DNA of 64,000 nucleotides from Raillietiella orientalis. Taxonomy: Eukaryota. The notes below the pieces were generated by a model. The model was not told the DNA's origin. It did not search any database and worked only from the letters and a program-made list of their open reading frames with translations. The number at the start of each line of letters is the position of its first letter. Position 1 is the stretch's first letter. The stretch covers positions 310,001-374,000 of the forward strand of contig JAYWIR010000057.1 in the NCBI GenBank assembly GCA_036172245.1, given 5' to 3'. The position numbers and the translations under genes are program-made. This document shows, one piece after another, positions 36,201 to 48,676 of the stretch.

Positions 36201-39200
36201 CTACATACCGACTTGCAAATTCTAGAAAACTGCATGGAATCCAACGGCATCCTCCAAATGGATGACTTCATCCCGGATAACCTTCCAGTCCAGAATTGAA
36301 GGAAATTTGTGGTTTTCATCAGCATGAGTCTCTGAACTCAGATATCGCCAACTTCTGACACGCAGGCTGGACAACCACAATGCATGCGGGCGGTAATCTC
36401 GAAATTGCACCTTCGATCAAAGTGCCACCCGAGTGCCAACTTTCATCAAAAAAGCCAACTGAGATAATTCTACTCTCGAGCATCCTTTGTTTACATCGTT
36501 TGGAATTTTCTTCATCCTTCCCCTACGGGAGCTTTCCAAAAGCACTTCAAAGAAGTAGCGGTGCGAGGCACAGTCGAAATTTCCGTGTGTCACTCATGCG
36601 TTTATCAATTCGCAGAATCCCATTGCTGGAGGATCATTGAAATCATGCAACGACCATTGAAACATCTCTCATAAGTTGGTCTGTTGGAAGAATTTTTTTT
36701 TTAGCTCGAGAAGCTGGATGCAACGAGAAATCCCGATCCTTGCGTCCGTCCAACAAAACTTCCAGATGGATTTGAAAGTCTTTTCCATTCAAGAAGTGGC
36801 ACTTGTCGAGCGTAAGCGATGATGAGAGGATGAACGTGATGAGAGGATCAGGTAATGAGCAATGATCTGCAATCGCTCTCTGTGCGCCTTCATCGCTGAT
36901 GCATCTTCCAATTGTTTCCTTACAACCACCCTACCGTTCCAACTCTGATAGCAGCTTGGTTTCGGAAGCGATTCTTTGGTTTATCTCCTAAGAAGATCCC
37001 TTGGAATCCATAAACGACCCATTTCTTCTGGTGAATCGGAAATTTCGATTCAATCCTTTTTGTTCTGTCATCTTTGCTCTAGATGGGTTCCATCGTGTTC
37101 AAAGAGTATCGGAACGTAATTCATTCCTTCAGTGGACTATGAGAAAGGATTTCCGATTTCAGCTTGGAGACATGAAATATTCCTGTTTCGGAGGCAGAAA
37201 CGCGACCCCACTTCCAAGGCAATTTTCGTTTCACCTCTTAACGGTGTTCCCGGGTTAGCTGCATCGTTTTCGTCAGTACTCTGTTTCAAATGCAGCCGAT
37301 GTCATCTGTGACGAGGTGTGTTGCAGCTCTGGAAGGCTTCAGATCAGGAAACTGGATTGAAAACAAAAAAAAAAAAAAAAACTCACAAAAAAAAAAACTC
37401 ATGCCTTAGTAAGTTACTTTAGAGGCAGAGAAAATAGCTGAGGAAGGTCGTTCTACGAAGGAAGTTCCCTTTGCAAACGCTGCTACCGTGCTTCAGGACA
37501 AGAAGAGTACACTCTGCCAACACGAAAAACACATGCCAGCAATATGAGAATGCATGTCGCAACTCAAACACTCGCTTGCCACTCGAGCATTCAACTTGGA
37601 TTCGCAACTTTCCTCGTTGCCAAGATATTTGTCACGGGCCAAAGATTCTCCAAGTGTCACCGCGTCTTGCCCCTCACAGACCGTCAGCATTCGAAAGTGT
37701 TCTGGCCATATGGGGGCGCAACATCACCGGTCTTCCTGTGTGTTACTGCTTAGGGGTTGCCAAGTTCGAAGCATTCGAACAAACATCTTAGGTGCTGCTG
37801 CTATTCCAGCTAAGCCTACTGCAGATCAGGATAACGTACGAAAGGACACGATCTGTTTTTTTTTTTTTTTTTTCCTGGTGGGATGGGGAGGGGGATGCAA
37901 AATTAACTTTCACACCTCCGCTCCATTTCTACTCTTCTCCGTTCGTGTTTCAAGGACCATGGTCCAAAATTCCACGATTCCACTGGCTCAAATCTTGGAT
38001 TCTTTTCCTCTAAGCGATTTCCTTATCAATACGAGGGAACTGTTTCTAAAATCCTTCCCGCACCTAATTTATCTGCTTTCTTTCGAAGACAAAGAGGAAA
38101 AAAAAAAAGTGAAACTGTCTTTTCCTGCCAATAAACCAAATAATCCATGATTCATGAAACAGTGGAAAGGTCTTCTTTCCCTCCTTCTAAAATTACCCTC
38201 ACCATAACTTACCAATCAAATAGATCGATGATTAAATCTAAGCTTAGTCTGTGTGCGTGTTTTTTGTTTTCCTGTGGGTTTTCTCCTAAACATTAACCAG
38301 ATTTTTTTTTGTCTTCTACTTTTTCTTCCCGAAAGCATGTGGGAATTGGCTGCTTTTTGCTGAACATCGAACAGCACACGACCCGAGCACTTAACCACAA
38401 CTACTACAGACATAAACATGATTTATCTGCCCTATTTATCATGTAGCCAAAGAATGCTGAGCTATTTTCGAAACAGTCGTTTGTTTCATATTGGAGGTGA
38501 AAGTGTCGGAGGTGAGTACGAAGGAGAGCACCGTACGGCGTGTACGAACCAGATCAAATTGATGCAGCGTGCGTTTTTCGACGGCGGAGTAGAATAATCA
38601 ATGGAATTCCAGGGATGAAACACCCGACCGTAACCATCTCGAGATGCATCTCCAGAAGTTGGCAGGAGCGATGTGTCAGAGAGAAACTTTGCGAAGACCA
38701 TTGGGAGACCGGAAAAAAGCGTCTGAGCGCGTCTTGCGAGCGAGGAGGACCTGACAAGAAGGAAATGTGGATGGCCTCCTCCTGACACTTGGGCTTTTTC
38801 GATCTTGGATCCGAGATACTGTTTTTGCCCGTTTGAGCTTGTTGAAGCTCGGGCGCAACACCAGCGGGCAAGAGACCTTCAAGATCGTCCCATCCCCCTG
38901 CAGTATCCTTGCATGTTCTCGAATCTCTTGCGGGAGCTGGTGGAAACCCTGTCGAATCCAGCACGTGGATTGACAGTGGCCCTCGTCCTGGCTTCTGGCT
39001 TCTTCCCGAACCAAACCGTTCTTTTTCTAGCAGAGGCAAACTGGCTCTCCCCAAGCATGCAGAGGAATCCATTGCACAGGAAGTCAACAGAGATGCCTCT
39101 TCCCCGATTTTTCCAGATTTCAGAATGACCCTTTGCCCGCGAGCTGCGAGGTCTTCAAGGTTTCGGAACTCCCAGTTCCGGTTCCTCTTCTCGCCTGCTC

Positions 39201-42200
39201 GTTTCCTTGACTGCAAGGAAACGCCACCATCAGTCACGCAAGCATTCTCGAAACCACGCAGGCATCACCGCGAGCGGTACTCGTCTGTATCAACATAATG
39301 AGCCAATGTACAAAATGCGCGGCCGTACACGGCTTCGAGCAACCACATCAGCGCTTATCCGGCCTGGCTGTTTCGAAAGTTAGGCCGGGAGCTGTCACGA
39401 ATTGCGGCTGCTGCAAATTCATTATTCCCCCTCCCCCTTCCTCCCCCGATTCTGCCGTCTGACACGTTCTGTCATCATCAAGTTCCAGGCTGTCATCAAA
39501 AACCAATTCGTGCTCAGCAACCGCTTGGGCATCTTTCCCAAGGGCAATTTTCTTCCTAAATAATGTGCGCTCTGTACGTACATGCGCCGCGTCCCGGGTA
39601 CAGAATCCAGTCCGAGATCGGAGGAAATCTACGATTTTTTAATCAGCGCGCGAGTCTGCAAACTCAGATGAGAAGATGCCACACAAACCCATCCGCCGCG
39701 ATCAGAGCCGAGTTTCGCCCGAGGGACAAACATCCTCTCCGCGACCTTACAGAGTCTGTCGACGGGAGCGCGCAGCTGCGGAAGAGCGGCAGCATCTTTC
39801 CCTCCTGAGTTTATCCGTCCCGTAGGATGGATCCCTGTGAAATCAATTTGCAGTCGGCAAAGCATCTTACGTAAGAGCAATCTTTTTCTTTTTCTTTGTT
39901 TACCCCTTTCGGTCTTCCCATTCCATGTCTCTTCAGTGGACACTTGAGCGAACGACGACGGAAGGACTCGCACGACTCATATCTGCATCACAGCAATTAC
40001 AAGATTTCGAGATAACAAATTGTCAGGATAATTGCCGCTTCCACTCGCCGAAATTTGCAAAAGCCCCGTGGCGAAATCCCTCGAAAGGAGCGGACGTCGC
40101 TCGCGTGATTGCACTGCGCAGTGCCCGACGTTCCGACAGCCGTATTTCCTCGGGAAGAACGTTCTAGACGTTTCGAACAGGGAGAAAGTGAAAGAGAACG
40201 GTGGTAACCACCTTTCATCGCGGACGCGGGATGAGCGCGCTCGCGGTTCCCCCCTCGTAAACTCGGGAATCGCTTGCGAGAGGAGTTTCGTTTCCTTCTG
40301 GAAACTTCTTGCCTTTCGAACTCGCCTTCCAAGTTCCACCCTTCCTCGTAGCTCCGGTGGAGCAACCCTCGCCAAATCCTCCAAGCGAGTAGGGCGCGTC
40401 AAAGCCTCTCCGTCGACACCTTGAACAAGGACGTAACATGTCGAAAACGCGCTTCCTTTTTGTTTCCAGATGGCCAGGAACGACAAAGGAAGGAGCCCAA
40501 TGCAACAACCCAACAGCCAAAGTACCCACAAACAAAGTGCATCAGCCTTCGTTCCCTTACCATTGCCAAAGTCCTCATTCTTCATCCCTGTTGATTAAGT
40601 CGTCCGGGGATGGCATCGATTTTGATTCCTAAAGATGGGATGGTTCATGAATGAAGAACGTCTGATGATGTGATGATTATGCGAATTATTGTATTATAAG
40701 GTAGGATTAGATGGTTGTCTGTGGCTAGTAGTCGTAGAAGATTTCTGTTTGGCACTACGAAGGAATCGAATTTGGTTTTTTTGAAAGTTGAATATTCATA
40801 TGTTCAGAATCATTGGCTAGCGATTCTTCTGCAGGGAGCTCTCCGTAGGACGGACGAACCAAAACTCGGCGGAGTGCAAGTAAAAAGAAAAAAACCAACT
40901 GTACGATGATTGTACCAAACGTGAGTATCCTACGCCAATCCGACCTTGAAAACTGGCGATGACTCATCGAAACGTCAAGCAGTGATACTCTTCTGTTGGG
41001 GAGCATCCTGGACGATCCTGCTTTTGACCCAACGTCAGTGAGTCTCAACAAGGATGCGCTTAAAGGAACCGGATGGAAGTCACTTCTTTCCCGGAGGCCA
41101 CTTGGCAAACGATGGAAATACACAGTCGGTCACTCTTCTTACCTGGGAGCCAGTGCTCGATGTCCCCTAATCACTCGGGAAATCTTCGCTGCGACGAAAC
41201 TTCCGTGACCCGGGGGTGCGAGCTATAAATGTTCCTTCTGTGCTGTGCCGCGGAGTGACCTGCGCGTCACCTGCACACTTGCCGATTCCGTTCCTTGAGA
41301 ATTCTTAGCGGCGAGATCAGATTGGGACGCTGCCCACACGAGGGAAACGTCCCCAAATTGAACCGTCAAAACGCTGCCCGTGTTCACTTTTGCATAAATA
41401 CATATATATACATACATACGTACACATATGCGACAAACCGAGAGGAAGTGAAAGCCGAAGGATAGAGACTTTACGTTCTGCGTGCTTTGTGGTTGCGCCC
41501 AGCTGGTCTTCAAGGGGTTCTGGAGCCGAATTTGAGTGTATTTGGGGGGGATCCCTTCTATGAAAATCAGCTAAACGAGTCAAACGAGTGCACAGTCTTT
41601 ATGTGGAGTTTGTGTTGCACACATTCGTGTGATCTCTTGTTTTCGTGCAGGGGTGTACGGAGACTTCGGCACTGCAGCGCGCCATTTGCTTTGGTGTACA
41701 GTTATGCGCGGTGTGCTGGGAGTCGCAGGAACTCGGTCTGTGGTGCTTCCATTCGTTCCAAATGATGGTACTTCATCATTCTTTTAGCGTGCTGTCAGTG
41801 ATTTCATCCACGACCCATCTGCCCTATTTGCAGACCCTCCCCTGACCGTTCCAGGTTCTCAAGCGAACGGTTTCTCCTACTCAGTTGGCAGATTGGTCTA
41901 TTGAAACCGGAGGTGCAGCTACCGTGAAATGCAGAGTGACTGTTACATTATCACTGACTGCATCGCCTCGGGAAGCGGACGTCATCTTCAGAGCCGTGGG
42001 AGGACCTTCTTCGCAGGGAGGTGGTTGCAGCCCAGGAACTGGGTGTGAAACAACGCGCTGCTCCGGCGGGGCAGGATGTGAAACAGTTCGCTAACGCCTC
42101 TGTACGTTGAGAGATCCAATCTCCCTCTATTCAGACTCGTTCCCATCTCCAGTGCTTGAGGGAACGGATTTTTTTACCACAGAAGTTTCTCTTCTTACCA

Positions 42201-45200
42201 ACACTTCCACTGTCGTGCGAATTTTCTGGGTCCTCGGGAACTTCAGGAGACATCTTGCCTGCAAATCCAAAGATCTCGTTTGGATCCTAACAAGTTACTT
42301 TCTTAAACCTCGTCTCTTTTGCTAGTGGCTCTTGATCGAATTCTCCAGCAGTGTCGACCGACTGGATGTCGGACCATCTTTTTCAGCTTCTGCCCCCTAA
42401 CCAAACTGCACACGGATTTCACTGAGTGGATTCCTGCGGGATGCGAGGAGAAAATCTTTCGCGTTCATGATGAATCCGACATTTTCAGAAGTTTTGACCG
42501 TCAGTCTACGCACAGCACGTGGGCACCATCTCCATCGGTGATATCCTCAGACTTCCAGATTCATCTCTAGGAGGGATTTGTGGATCGCAGGCGAAAGGGG
42601 AAGATGCGAGGCGCACTCTTCCTCGGTTTGCTGCTCATCTGGGTTCTCCTTCCTCCCAGCTCCAACGCTCTTCATATCCACGAATTTCCCGCCCCTGTTG
42701 GTGTGGGTGTTCTCCGGTCATGTGATCGGTGCAAACAGGAATTTCCTTCGTTCTGCAGTGGAGATTTCCTCGGCCTACTGAGAGCTGACTGATTTTTGCT
42801 GCCGACCTCATAAATTTTCATCCGCGGTCCCAGTTCTGGCACTCCTTTTCTCTTCCCCTACAGCTGAGTGCACGCAGCCGGTCCCAGTTTCCCCTATTTG
42901 TTGGAATCCAAAAGCGCTCCGCAGCAAGTCACGGAAGCGGATCTTGCATCCGATAAATACGCCGATCAGATTTATCGGCACGCACGGACCCGCTGACAAA
43001 CAGCATCCTCTTGAAGCGCTCAAAAGATTTGTTCCTATCCCGCATTTGATCTCCGAAATATGACGATGCGGTTAGTCGGATAAAAGATGAAAGGACCCGT
43101 ATGTGGGTGGCACTTTGGCTGCGCTCGGAGAAACCCCAGTCCCGCTTCAAAGACTACTGTTTGCTGCCATCATGCACACGGGCTCCAGTGATCGTAGCGA
43201 CGAGTCTTTTGGTGTCTTTGAGTCGCGGATGGCCACTTTCGTTATCAGCAAGCCGTCTCACGAAAGTATTCTTGAAAGTCTCTCTTGCAGTTTTCCACTC
43301 TTTCTCAGAGGTTCGATGCCGCTGGCACTTGAAGGCATTTCGATCCGCTTCGAAGTCGTCTTTCGGTTATCCACCTTGATCCTTCGCAGCTTCCCACACG
43401 ATTCTTTTGCCACCTTGTTAACCAGTCGTGGTTTCTATGACGACTGTGAAGTTCTCGAAACTGCTCCGCCTCTTCTGTGCGACCAAGTGCACACTTGTTC
43501 AGGAATGTGCACGTTTAGAGGCACTTGGGGCTTTGGAGTGTGTGCTGTCAATAAGTGAAGCTGCCAAAGACAATGAGAGACTATTCGGGGGGCGAGTGAG
43601 AATGGGTGACGCTTGAAGGAAGAAAGAAAACCCGCGAGCAGGCTGGCCGAGAGATTAAAGAGCAAGAAGCTTGTGGTTCGAAGAAGGAGTTTGCAGGCAA
43701 CGTCTCGTACCCGATGGGAATCGGTGAAGGAGGAATCGAAGGGAAGTTATGCTGTCGGGTTCTCCATCCCACTTGCTGTCTACCCGACGTGTTCGCATCT
43801 CTTTAAAATACTAAACGAAAATTCCTCTGCTGTTTCTACCAATGTCTCTATCTTCACAAGAAAGAAAAGAAACGCAAAAGAAACGCCTGTGCGCTGTTCA
43901 GAAATCAATGGACTCTTTTTGCATCCTCTCCGACTTGCAGATCATTGTGTTCCAGCAGTTTCCAGCGACCGCATTTGCAGGACTTCGTTGGCACACCTAA
44001 GCTAACAGAAAAGGTTCCAGAACACCCTTTTGGGGATGCATTCCATCTACAGTGATGCATTTGGAGCATATGGGTAGCTCTCCATGCTTCGAAACGAGAT
44101 GCAGTCGAGGACTTCCTTTTTCTTCCTTGGGAGGGGTGAATTCATTATTTATAACATTTATTTATTCTAAGCTTTTAATAAAAATATACGTTGAGTTTCT
44201 TCACGTACTCGACGATCCGGGCACAAATGATGCTGGTAAGAGTCCCAGAAACGGTAATGAAACAGATATCAGAGAAGAAAGCTGCGTGATTCCCTTCGCT
44301 TCTGGAACCGTCAGTAAGGCTTCACCAGCCCTCCGGAAATGTTGGAACTAATGACTTCTGAGCTGCTTCTATTCCCCTTTAGGGCACTGCGAATACCAGC
44401 CAAAAATGATTTTCCAAAGACATCAGGTGGGTTACGAAGAGTGGGAAGATTTTCATTGGAGAGCATACAAATCGATGATCTAAAAGAACACACTGAAAGG
44501 TGGAGCAAAGGAAATGGCCGAGGATAACAGATCCCTCCTCCTGAGGACTCTTCTTAGCTGACGAACCTCAGAGGACGAATTGCAGCTTGAGTGGCACAAG
44601 TTCTAAAGCAAGAATCCAAGTTGCGTTTCCGATGATGGAGAAGAAATCTTGCCGTTGCAATCCCAGAAGGATCCTTCTGCAAGTTTCAGAATTTGTTGAT
44701 TAACAAACATTCTAGATCAAGACCTACGTCATCCTGTTTCCAAAAGCTGCTCTTACACACTTTTGGTGTGACTTGTGACGGTAGTGATTCTTCCTTGATT
44801 CTATGTGGTTGGTGAAAAAGGGTACACACAGGAAAGCTCGAGCCACCACTCTGAACTGGAAAGGGGGAAGAGCGAGGTTTTGCCAATGCTTTCCCCCAGT
44901 TCGTCCGAGGACTGGAAGAGGAAGCGTTTCGACAAACAAGTGAAAAAGATACACATCTCAAAGGCATTGTTTTTTTCTTTCGTTAATTTCATTAGCAAAA
45001 TTCCGATTCCTCTGCGTGGACGGGAAAATCTGGAGGTCGTGAACAGACTCAATGATCATTAGATGGCGGGGAATGCGCTTCATTCAGAAACCTGTCCTTG
45101 AAGAATAGGAACGAGAATTCTGGGAGAGAACATCTTCGCTTGCAATGAACCCTCCCTAAAGGCTGCAAGCTCAGGAAATGCAGTTCCCTCGAACCAGCAT

Positions 45201-45832
45201 CTTGCGGTAATGCTAAGGCAAGGGGGCAAGCAACCAATTACCATCCTGTTCAAGAAAATTATTTGGCACTCGTTTTTCCACCTTAAAAAACTCTGAAGGT
45301 AGCACTCTGAGTGTGGTTCTCTCAGTATGGTACCCTGAGCATGGGACCCAGAGTATGGGCCATGAGTACATTGCTCTGAGCGTTTGCTTCATCTTCCAAA
45401 ATTTGATGCTTCGGCCGTTCGGTATTTCCATTTCTTTCCTGTCGCTCCATCTCTTCTGGAGCATTAAATTTCCAGACTTCGAACGCAGACACCCGTAGTT
45501 CTGTTGCAACGATCCTCTCTTTCAGCGCATCGATTTAGAGCAGCGGATACGCAAAGTACCCACCTCTTCCCCGTGTCATATTTGCATCACTACCCAGATT
45601 ACTTTCTTGATCAGGCTGTTTGCACTCGCGGTGGCTCCAAGCTGGAAGGCAGCAGGGCTGGAGCCGTTCCATCCATTTTCCCCGAAAGCCAAGTTTGCGT
45701 ATTTGGCTCAGGATTGTGGATCCACAAAAAGCCTCTTTGTATTCGAATTCGGGAGTTGGCTTTTCTCTGCACGGCTCCAGAAAATGTCACTAGGAGTATT
45801 CTTTCTCGCTTTATTCGAGTACATTAAATAGC

Positions 45833-46532
45833 TTAGGCACGATGGCTCGGCACCGTCTTTGCATCTCCTTCCTTATGGACGTCTTCATTGCTGGGAAATG
45901 GGCAGTCAGGTTGGACGAGGGTGTTGTAAGCCAAATCCACCACGATATTCCTCATCGTGCAGGTTGTCCAGCAGCACTGCCAGTTCTCCGATCCCCTGCT
46001 CCTCCGGAGGGGTGGACTTCACCTTCAGAAAGTGTCGCCAGTGATCGATGAAGAATGTGGTTGGTGCTTTTTCGTGTGGCTGATGAGAGATGGCGAACAG
46101 AGGGGGGGAAGGAGGGTGGAAGTCGATTACTTTTCATCTTCCTGAGTCGTCTTCCGTTCGGCAAAGTGCCTCAGTTTGTGGATCCAGCCAGTTCCTCGGC
46201 TAAATGAGAGGCTGGAGGCAGCTGCAGGTTGTCTCATTTCTTGCGCTTGCAGCGACGGGACACCGAGGTTCCGAAGGACGGTGCCGCTGATCCCAGAGAG
46301 CCCATCACAAACGGGTCCACTCTCGAGTGACCTCTGGCCTATTTCTGGGAATTCAGGAGCACGTCGAAAGCGCTCTGGAGCACGTCGAAGAGCACATCTT
46401 CCCCTTCCGAAATGGGCGAACCGTATCCAAGGTGATGACGACCTGGCCATAGTCTTGGCGCAGCGAGAACGTCCACTGCGAGTGCTTGCCGGCTTGGGTA
46501 TTGGCTGTTCCGCCCCCTTCCGGAGGTCGCAT
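45833..46532 (-). pseudogene. Coding-like segments with two apparent 1-nt frameshifts (pseudogene, decayed element or assembly indels)
   Basis: PHEKAPTTFFIDHWRHFLKVKSTPPEEQGIGELAVLLDNLHDE continues as NIVVDLAYNTLVQPDCPF if base 45950 is skipped. QDYGQVVITLDTVRPFRKG continues as EDVLFDVLQSAFDVLL if one G is added in the run at 46401-46404. Judged by protein-like appearance only. Confidence 0.25.
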
Positions 46533-48099
46533 CTTTCAGCCGCTCCCATTGCATCGCCGTGCCGCTAGCTGAGCGTGAAGGGGCGGTGGCGCTATTGAAA
46601 AGGCGAGTGGCATCTCGTCCCAAACACGCCCTCCTCGCCTACGCCCGCAGGATCGACTGCTTTTTTCCCTCCTCCTGGAACCTATGGGAAGGAGAAGGTC
46701 CAGCCGGTAGGTTGAACGAGAGGGTTTGGCTGGCTCTCTCGGGCGGCGTCCGTTCGCGCGAGCGAGCGAGTCTGGTGAACGCACGCGGCCAACGGCGCTT
46801 ACGCGCAGGATGCGCTCCCCTCTACTCCTTGCGTCACTATAGAATGGCCGCTTGAGAGCTATGTCCACGCGCTTCCATGGATGCAACCTGCTTTCCTCGT
46901 CCCGACTTTTTGGAGAAGAGGCTGGACGATCATCTCCTGCTTCTCGAGCCCTCAGAATGCGCTTCAGAGACCGAGCTCGGGCGGGATTCCAATGTTTCAC
47001 GTGCTACCTCCGGGTCGGGATGATCCGCCGAGAGGAGGCTGTGCTTGCTGGGAGGACCTGTGCCCCATCCGTCCGAAAGTGCCCAGTGATTGCCTTTGTC
47101 CTGCAATTCACTCCTGTGCCTCATCCAGAGAAAAAGGAAGGCTGCTCATTTCCGCTTCCCGTGTTAAGCGGCTTACGGCGGCCTTTCGAGACAAGCGACG
47201 TTTCTTTGTTTCCAGCTTTCCTTTTCGCGGTCCACGAAAAATCCTTCCGATCCACCCTGTCTTGCTGCTCTCACACAACGCCTCTCTCCGCCTCCATCTC
47301 TGATGTTTGCGGTGCCATTTTGTAAGACTCCCTCCATTCTCCACCCTTATCATAGCCTCTTGCCGAACCCCAGATTCAGCATCGAAGAAACTGAGCCCGT
47401 TGGATGCACCTCTAACGGCTAATCAAACTCTGGCTGACGCGACCTCAGTGATTGACTATCGCGCTGCCTCGAAAGCGGCTGGCGCATAGCAACGGTTCAG
47501 TAAACATGCAGCAGTTTCACGAAAATCATAATTCAGGTTCCCAGACGACTATGAGCTGTCTGTCAGCGTCGCAACTGGGTCCTTTCTTTTTTGCTTCGGG
47601 AGTCTCGTAGGCCACCGAGGCTCCTCCTTTTTTGCCCTGATCATTCAAAGAACAGACAGCATTGGCACTGGATATCTTCGACGCTCTTTTCGCCCTTGGA
47701 TTGAGTTTTGATTGGAGCGCGGTATCCGAGGGATGCCGCGTTGGGTTTCGCCTCTCCCCCAATTTTTTTCATCTCGCTGCTGTCCTGGAGCACGCTCACG
47801 TCCCAGCCAGGATTCTCTGGTCGAAGAATCACAATTTTTTCATCTGGAGATACTTTTTGCTTTCGTCTGCGGATGCGAGACGCACCGGCGCAGAGGAAGA
47901 AAATCACCGTGGATGCAAATTAATCCACTCTCGGACGCTTTGGAGTCCATCTTTGAAGCTTCCTCAGCTATGGTTTGCTGTTTTTGCCTCACAAAGGCGA
48001 TGTCACCAAAATCCTTGTTCGACTTTGTCTGAAATCTTTGCCTCCTTCATCTCTGCAGAGGATCTATTGGGATCTCTATAGGATCCACTCGTATTGCTG

Positions 48100-48676
48100 G
48101 CTCTCAAGCATTCACAGGATGCATCCTCTCTCAGACTGTACTGCCTTCCAATCCCTTGGGAGTCGCCAGGAGATGGCTCTTTGAATCCTGGGCGTCCCCA
48201 GGGACATTTTAAAACGCCTTTTCGTGAGTGCCAGATTGCCGCCAGTCGCGTCCCTGGCAGTTCTCTGCTTTCTTTGCGAGATCGTGGAGACCAGGAACGC
48301 AGAAAGAAGAGGCCAAAATGGAAGGAACGCCGTCCACTGGTCGGGAATCTTCTTGAGGACCGCCACGAGATGGCCCCACCTGGGCAACATACGGACCGAA
48401 CTTGTCAGCATTCTGGACAGGATGCAGAGGGTGCCTCGCAGAGAGCAGTGATCCTTTCCTCGATTTCCTCTCTTCCCGGGAACACTTTTCCTCCTTTTTT
48501 GTTTGTTTAATTTTGTTTTCGCTCTTCCCTTCCCTTTCGCTGCCGAAGTGGACCTCGCCGAACTGCGTACCGGTAATGAGCCCGCTTAATGCACGTAATA
48601 GAACAAAGTGCTCTACCCCAAAAATGTGTTTTTATTATTTTTGATAAAAAATGCCCCAGTAAAACCGGGCGAAAAA
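48100..48676 (+). mobile_element. Short 3' fragment of the L1/Tx1-clade LINE
   Basis: ORF 48224-48451 (RRGQNGRNAVHW...RTATRWPHLGNIRTELVSILDRMQR) aligns with 4531-4815. 3' end ataaaaaatgccccagtaaaaccgggcgaaaaa. 5' boundary approximate; no TSD found. Confidence 0.85.
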
